Part shown: piece by piece, positions 58,959 through 64,000 of the stretch
Layout: every line of letters starts with the position of its first letter
Numbering within the stretch: the first letter of the stretch is position 1
Origin: Chloroflexota bacterium
GTDB taxonomy: Bacteria; Chloroflexota; Limnocylindria; Limnocylindrales; CSP1-4
Direction: 5' to 3'
Length of the DNA stretch: 64,000 nt
Assembly: GCA_019637815.1 (NCBI GenBank)
Contig: JAHBUZ010000006.1
Location: 128,522-192,521, forward strand
Notes under the pieces: model-generated
Database searches by the model: none
What the model was told of the DNA's origin: nothing
Seen by the model: only the letters and a program-made list of their open reading frames with translations
Made by a program: the position numbers and the translations under genes

Positions 58959-59624
58959 ATGCTCCCGCCCATGCTTCGTGTGTGGCGTGCCAATGGGCTG
59001 AGCATCACCGTGCTCGCGCTCTTCGCGGTGTTCCTGCTCATCCAGGTCCTCGCGGGACACCGTGTGTATCTCGACCAGCTGGCGACTGACGGCATGGCGC
59101 CCGTGGATCTCGCCGGATACCTCACGAGCGGCCACTTCGTCGAGGCGACGTTCGAGAACTGGGAGAGCGAGTTCCTCCAGATGGGCGCGCTCGTGCTCCT
59201 GACCGTGTTCCTGTACCAACGGGGGTCGCCCGAGTCCAAGGACCCCGACGCCGACGAGTCGGTCGACCGCGAGCCGGACCCGGCCCGTCCCGGCGCACCC
59301 TGGCCGGTCCGAGCCGGTGGCGTGGTCCGCGCCGTGTACGAGCGGTCCCTCGCGATCGCCCTGTTCGGGCTGTTCCTCGTGTCGCTCTGGCTCCACGTCG
59401 TGGGCGGGGCCGGCGAGTACAGCCGCGAACGCCTGGCGGCAGGGGAGCCAGCAGTGACCGCGTTCGAGTTCCTGGCCACGCCCGGGTTCTGGTTCCAGTC
59501 GATGCAGAACTGGCAGAGCGAGTTCCTGTCGGTCGGTGTGCTGGTGCTGCTCACGGTGGTCCTGCGGCAGCGCGGATCGCCCGAATCGAAGCCCGTCGAC
59601 GAGCCGCTCGAGAGCACTGGCTGA
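58959..59624 (+). CDS. membrane protein with two internal repeats (DUF6766-like)
   Basis: The repeat FENWESEFLQMGALVLLTVFLYQRGSPESK recurs as MQNWQSEFLSVGVLVLLTVVLRQRGSPESK. There are four TM segments. The start is uncertain (58896, 58959 or 58971). Confidence 0.6.
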   Translation: MLPPMLRVWRANGLSITVLALFAVFLLIQVLAGHRVYLDQLATDGMAPVDLAGYLTSGHFVEATFENWESEFLQMGALVLLTVFLYQRGSPESKDPDADESVDREPDPARPGAPWPVRAGGVVRAVYERSLAIALFGLFLVSLWLHVVGGAGEYSRERLAAGEPAVTAFEFLATPGFWFQSMQNWQSEFLSVGVLVLLTVVLRQRGSPESKPVDEPLESTG

Positions 59625-59845
59625 ACCGGATGCGTGATGCCGAAGCGGTCCTTGCTCGGTCCGGATGCGCCCGTCCTGGACGTGGCCGCGACCGCGATGC
59701 TGCCCGTCCCGCGGACCGCCCGAGCCCCTGGGGTTGCCACGGCCCCTATCATCGAGTGGGCTGCGGGACGCGCGGCCAGACCGTGCAGGCTCGGACGCCA
59801 GGCCCTCAAGGGTCGGCCGGGGCGTGAGACAAGGGGGATCGACCG

Positions 59846-61660
59846 ATGCGCCGCCTGCTCCTGTCGCTCATCCTCGCCGTCACGCTCGCACCGCTCATCG
59901 CCGTGGACGCGAGCGCCGCCAGCGGTGACTACATCGTCCGCTTCAAGGACGGTGCGGTGATGCGCGACGCACCCCGCACGAGGACCAGCCGCGGGACGTC
60001 ACGACCGCGCGTCGTGGACCGCACGCGGCTCCAGCGCCACGTCCGGTCGGCGCGTTCCCAGGGCATCCGACCCACGCGGGTCTTCCGGAATGCGCTCGGG
60101 GGGTTCTCGGCACGCCTGACCGCCGCGGAGGTGCGTCGGTTGCGGAACGACCCGGCGGTCGCTGCCGTCCAGCCGGACACGACCATCCGCATCGCGGACA
60201 ACGAGGTGGAGGCATCGGTCAGGATCGTCCAGACGATCCCCTCGCAGCGCATCCCGGCGGGGATCAGGCGCATCGGTGCCACCAGCCAGCCGCTCGCCCA
60301 CATCGGCAGCCGCAAGGACACCAACGTGGACATCGCGGTCATCGACACGGGCATCGCGAACCATCCGGACCTGCGGGTCAAGGGCGGTGTCAACTGCACC
60401 AGCTCGGGTGGCTCGAGCTACATCGACAAGCACGGCCATGGGACCCACGTCGCGGGCATCATCGCCGCGCGGGACAACGGGGTCGGTGTCGTGGGCGTGG
60501 TCCCCGGCGCCCGGCTGTGGGCGGTCAAGAGCCTCGGTGACAACGGGTTCGGCCTGACCTCCGAGCTGCTGTGCGGGCTCGATTGGCTGATCGGCCAGCA
60601 CCTGTCGCCGGACGGCCCGACCTTCACCGCGGTGAACATGAGCATCTCGGGGCCGCTCGAGTACCCCAACCGTGCCTGCAAGGACGGCACGGATGACATG
60701 ACCCATCTCCTGATGTGCGCGGGCATGGATGCGGGGATGACGTTCGCGGTCGCAGCCGCCAACGACAGCCGCATCGTCAACCACCAGCCGTCCATCTACG
60801 AGGAGCCCATCACCGTCGGCGCCATCGTCGACTACGACGGCAAGCCGGGCGGCCTCGGGCGCCAGGCGGATGTCTGTCCCTGGTTCTCGTCCGATGCGGA
60901 CGACACCTGGGCGAACTTCTCCAACTACGGCAAGGCGGTGGACATCGTGGCGCCGGGCAAGTGCGTCCTGTCCACGTACACCGGCAAGCGCTATGCGTGG
61001 ATGAGCGGGACGTCCATGGCCACGCCCCATGTCGCGGGTGCCATCGCGCTGTTCCGCATGAAGTTCCCGGATGCGCGACCGCAACAGGTCAAGCGGGGCC
61101 TCGTGTCGGGTGGGACGCTCGACTGGAAGACATCGACCTCGCCGGATGGGCGGAAGTACCGGCTGCTCCAGGTGCGGACCCTCGCGCTGCCCCTGGTCAA
61201 GGTGCCGCTCCCGTACGTCCGCGGCATGACCGCGGCCCAGGCGAAGCAGGCGCTCACGGCGGCGGGCTTCAAGGTCAAGGGCGCCACGCTGTCGGTCAAC
61301 CACGCGACGGTCCAGCAGGGGAAGGTGCTGAACACCACGCCCAGCTACCAGCTGGACGGCAAGCCACGCAAGGTCCTGGAAGGGACCACGATCCAGCTCA
61401 AGGTGTCAGCCGGCCCGCCACAGGCGGCCACCGCCACGAAGGTGAAGGTGCCCAAGGTCCGCGGCCTGACCCCGGCGAAGGCGAGGGAGGTCCTCCGGGC
61501 CGCCGGGCTCAGGATCCAGGGGCCGGCGCTCAAGCTGCGCCATGCCAAGGTCGCCGCTGGGCGGGTCATCAACACCACGCCGAGCCATCTGCGGGATGGC
61601 AAGAAGCGCACGCTGGCGCCCGGTTCCTACGTCCGCCTGAAGGTGTCCACCGGCCGCTGA
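59846..61660 (+). CDS. secreted S8 (subtilisin-family) serine peptidase with an I9-like propeptide and two C-terminal PASTA domains
   Basis: Signal peptide MRRLLLSLILAVTLAPLIAVDASA. Catalytic triad contexts AVIDTGI, HGTHVAG and GTSMATPHVAG. Two ~70-aa repeats V.G(M/L)T.A.A...L.AAG......L....A.V..G.V.NTTPS......G..V.LKVS.G match PASTA. Confidence 0.8.
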   Translation: MRRLLLSLILAVTLAPLIAVDASAASGDYIVRFKDGAVMRDAPRTRTSRGTSRPRVVDRTRLQRHVRSARSQGIRPTRVFRNALGGFSARLTAAEVRRLRNDPAVAAVQPDTTIRIADNEVEASVRIVQTIPSQRIPAGIRRIGATSQPLAHIGSRKDTNVDIAVIDTGIANHPDLRVKGGVNCTSSGGSSYIDKHGHGTHVAGIIAARDNGVGVVGVVPGARLWAVKSLGDNGFGLTSELLCGLDWLIGQHLSPDGPTFTAVNMSISGPLEYPNRACKDGTDDMTHLLMCAGMDAGMTFAVAAANDSRIVNHQPSIYEEPITVGAIVDYDGKPGGLGRQADVCPWFSSDADDTWANFSNYGKAVDIVAPGKCVLSTYTGKRYAWMSGTSMATPHVAGAIALFRMKFPDARPQQVKRGLVSGGTLDWKTSTSPDGRKYRLLQVRTLALPLVKVPLPYVRGMTAAQAKQALTAAGFKVKGATLSVNHATVQQGKVLNTTPSYQLDGKPRKVLEGTTIQLKVSAGPPQAATATKVKVPKVRGLTPAKAREVLRAAGLRIQGPALKLRHAKVAAGRVINTTPSHLRDGKKRTLAPGSYVRLKVSTGR

Positions 61661-61745
61661 CCGCCACCGATCCGGGCGTCGCCTCTCAGTACCCCGCACC
61701 GCTGCGCCGTCCACCGGCTTCGTGTCGATCCGATCCCGACATGCA

Positions 61746-61774
61746 TTGACATCGATATATAGCGATGTTCTAAT
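61746..61774 (+). promoter_or_regulatory. TTGACA-17nt-TCTAAT promoter with an embedded near-perfect 20-bp palindrome ACATCGATATATAGCGATGT (candidate ArsR/SmtB operator)
   Basis: AT-rich island directly upstream of the arsR-family gene. The -10 ends about 7 nt before the ATG at 61781, which suggests a leaderless transcript. Coordinates +/-2 nt. Confidence 0.55.
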
Positions 61775-61780
61775 GGATGG

Positions 61781-62089
61781 ATGGGACAGCCAGCCAGCCA
61801 GCCCGAGATCCAGGCCACCTGCGAGGTGCTCAAGGCCGTGGCCAGCCCGGTGCGCCTCGCGGTGATCCTGGAGCTGACGAACGGCCCGAGGTGCGTCCAC
61901 GACCTGGTGGCGACGGTCCATGCCTCGCAGCCCGTCGTGTCCCAGCACCTCCGGGTGCTGCGCGCGATGCGCTTGGTGCGCGGTGACCGGCAGGGTCGGG
62001 AGGTCGTCTATCACCTCACGGACGACCATGTCGCGCACATCGCGAAGGACGCCCTCCGACACGTCCAGGAGGGGACGGCCGCCACGTGA
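61781..62089 (+). CDS. ArsR/SmtB family metal-responsive transcriptional repressor
   Basis: LKAVASPVRLAVILELTNGPRCVHDLV...SQPVVSQHLRVLR...REVVYHL. Confidence 0.85.
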   Translation: MGQPASQPEIQATCEVLKAVASPVRLAVILELTNGPRCVHDLVATVHASQPVVSQHLRVLRAMRLVRGDRQGREVVYHLTDDHVAHIAKDALRHVQEGTAAT

Positions 62090-62177
62090 TGCCGATGGGC
62101 ACTCCCACGGTCGAGGTCGCTCGGACCCTCGGCATCCTCATGACGGAGCGTGCCTCCCTCGCGACGGCGTCCGCACC

Positions 62178-63095
62178 GTGACGGTGCGCGACGACCACGG
62201 CCATGGCCACAGTGCCGCGGGTCAGGACCGCCGATCGCTGGTCATCGTGCTGGGCATCAGCATCGCGACCCTGGTCATCCAGGTGGTGGGCGGCGTGGCC
62301 ACGAACAGCCTCGCGCTGCTCGCGGACGCCGGTCACGTGTTCACCGACGTCGTCGGCATCACCCTCGCGCTGGGTGCCATCTGGATGGCGGCGCGGCCGG
62401 CGACGGATGCACGGACCTTCGGCTGGTATCGGGCGGAGATCCTGGCTGCGGCGCTGAACGCGGTGCTCCTGCTCGGCGTGGCGGTCTACGTCCTGTGGGA
62501 GGCGTGGCAGCGCTGGAACGAGCCTCCCGAGGTCGCCAGCGGGCTGATGCTCCTGGTCGCCCTGGTCGGTGGCGGCGCCAACCTCGTGGCGCTCCGGGTG
62601 CTGCATGGCCCCCAGCGCCGGAGCCTCAACATGCGGGGCGCCTATCTCGAGGTGCTGGGGGACCTCCTGGGCTCGGTCGCCGTGATCGTGGCGGCCGTGG
62701 TCATCGCGCTGACCGGCCTCAGCCAGGCGGACGCGATCGCATCGGCGCTCATCGGCCTGATGATCCTGCCCCGCACGTGGGCGCTCCTGCGGGACGCGAC
62801 CGATGTGCTGCTGGAGGCCACGCCCCGAGGGGTGCGGCTCGACGAGGTCCGCGACCACATCCTCCAGGCGCCCGGCGTGGTCGCGGTGCATGACCTCCAT
62901 GTCTGGACCATCACGAGCGGCATGAACGTGGTCTCCGCGCACGTCGTCATGGGACCGGACGGTGACCCGGCGGTGCTGCTCGACCACCTCGGCGACTGCC
63001 TGTCCGACGACTTCGACATCGACCACTCGACGTTCCAGCTGGAGACGCCCGAGCACATGCTCTGGGAGGGTCGCGCCGACCGCGTGCGTCTGTAG
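62178..63095 (+). CDS. cation diffusion facilitator (CzcD/ZitB-like) metal efflux transporter
   Basis: An internal GTG of track ORF 61920..63095. His-rich N-terminus DDHGHGH. TM2 motif SLALLADAGHVFTD. C-terminal HDLHVWTI. Confidence 0.85.
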   Translation: MTVRDDHGHGHSAAGQDRRSLVIVLGISIATLVIQVVGGVATNSLALLADAGHVFTDVVGITLALGAIWMAARPATDARTFGWYRAEILAAALNAVLLLGVAVYVLWEAWQRWNEPPEVASGLMLLVALVGGGANLVALRVLHGPQRRSLNMRGAYLEVLGDLLGSVAVIVAAVVIALTGLSQADAIASALIGLMILPRTWALLRDATDVLLEATPRGVRLDEVRDHILQAPGVVAVHDLHVWTITSGMNVVSAHVVMGPDGDPAVLLDHLGDCLSDDFDIDHSTFQLETPEHMLWEGRADRVRL

Positions 63096-63204
63096 CGTTC
63101 GCCCGGGATCCGGTCGCGATCGTGCCGGTCAGGCCGCCGTCGTCGCCGGATGCGTCCCCATCCCCGTTCCCGTCCCGGGACCCGCTGGTGTCTTCCGCGT
63201 CCGT

Positions 63205-63642
63205 TCAGGCGATCCGGCGATCGAGCAGGTGCGCCACGATCGTCAGCTCCTCGTCCGTCGTCGCGGAGCAGTCCAGGGATCGCAGCGCCTCCGCGATGCG
63301 CGTGCGCCGATGGGCCATCACGCGCTCACGGAAGGCATGGCCCCCTTCGGTCAGACGGGCTCGGACCGCGCGATGGTCGCGCTCATCGACGGCGAGCTCC
63401 ACGAGACCACGATCAGCGAGTCGGCGCAGCTGACGGCTGGTGGCGGGGACCGTCACTCGGACCCGCCGGGCGACCTCGCTCACGGTCGCGCCATCCGGGC
63501 CTTCGCCCAGGACGACCATGACCCGCCACATGGGCAGGGTCAGGTCCGTGACCGATGCCGCATCGTCGAGCGCCTCGACGGTCACGGCCACGCCGAAGAT
63601 GATGATCGACTCGAGTGCACGGACGAGGGCGACGCTGGCCAC
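63205..63642 (-). CDS. MarR family transcriptional regulator
   Basis: wHTH ATVSEVARRVRVTVPATSRQLRRLADRGLVE. Confidence 0.8.
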   Translation of the reverse strand: MASVALVRALESIIIFGVAVTVEALDDAASVTDLTLPMWRVMVVLGEGPDGATVSEVARRVRVTVPATSRQLRRLADRGLVELAVDERDHRAVRARLTEGGHAFRERVMAHRRTRIAEALRSLDCSATTDEELTIVAHLLDRRIA

Positions 63643-63853
63643 GAAGGTCCTCTGGGCAGTGTAGGGATGGATGACGTCCGAGCGTCCCGGCGTGGACGAT
63701 CGATTGCCGGGAGGCTATCATCTACAGGATCGGGACGTCGACCGACGAGCGAATGGCTCCACCCACCCGCCTCCCCAGGGTCGGTCCCATGGCCGCGTGA
63801 GGCCGCTTCGGGTCTGTGTGCGGGTCGGCAGACCCCACACAGAAGGGGGTCCG

Positions 63854-64000
63854 ATGACGACCCAGCCACGCGCGGGCGCTCGCCTGCATGCGCCGCGCCC
63901 GTCCCGGCGCATCCTGCTCATCTCCCTCCACGGCTATGTCGCCGCCGAGCCCGAGCTCGGCAGGCCCGACACGGGTGGCCAGGTGGTCTACGTCCTGAAG
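63854..64000 (+). CDS. glycosyltransferase family 4, N-terminal fragment (sucrose-phosphate-synthase-like); runs off the window
   Basis: ATG preceded by AAGGGGG. RRILLISLHGYVAAEPELGRPDTGGQVVYVLK matches the N-terminal signature of SPS/sucrose-synthase-type GT4 enzymes. Only 49 codons are visible. Confidence 0.55.
   Translation, partial: MTTQPRAGARLHAPRPSRRILLISLHGYVAAEPELGRPDTGGQVVYVLK

Overview
This is a very GC-rich bacterial chromosomal window, with codons dominated by G/C at the third position. It is densely coding on both strands. I found no rRNA, tRNA, CRISPR array, transposase or integrase. Because of the GC content, most long ORFs in the six-frame track are antisense or out-of-frame shadows of real genes, so calls rest on recognisable protein motifs, RBS/start context and gene coupling. 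All family assignments come from motif recognition by eye; no database search was run. Some motif and repeat coordinates were read from the printed sequence and may be off by 1-2 nt.

Housekeeping blocks have a Terrabacteria-like order: dnaJ-prmA-HIT, rpsU-yqeY-pgpH-ybeY, pth-mfd, pyrG, tal, serA.

Accessory content:
- A LacI-controlled sugar locus with a CUT1 ABC transporter and a GH130 enzyme.
- An IclR regulator divergent from an orphan AceE-like E1 gene.
- An ECF sigma / anti-sigma pair.
- An ABC-2 exporter.
- An ArsR-CDF metal efflux pair.
- Three complete type II toxin-antitoxin pairs plus one orphan, apparently frameshifted antitoxin.

Most interesting observations:
1. Three tandem paralogous secreted proteins (31600-35015). 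Each is built from three copies of an unrecognised ~100-aa two-cysteine module, giving nine modules. The C-terminal module is homogenised between copies and the N-terminal modules have diverged. A VapBC pair and a secreted 7-blade Kelch propeller sit next to them.
2. An S8 subtilase fused to two C-terminal PASTA domains.
3. A 527-aa orphan protein with a C-terminal PD-(D/E)xK (DUF3883-like) nuclease core, coupled to a small 4-Cys protein and close to a DUF4143 ATPase.
4. A perfect (GGCGAG)x13 microsatellite upstream of dnaJ.
5. Four tandem 23-bp iteron-like repeats upstream of the DUF4143 ATPase gene.
6. A beta-helix surface protein whose signal peptide and N-terminal domain have no ATG/GTG/TTG start (candidate CTG start overlapping the pyrG stop).
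7. A 36-bp duplication of the pgpH 3' end next to toxin-antitoxin debris.
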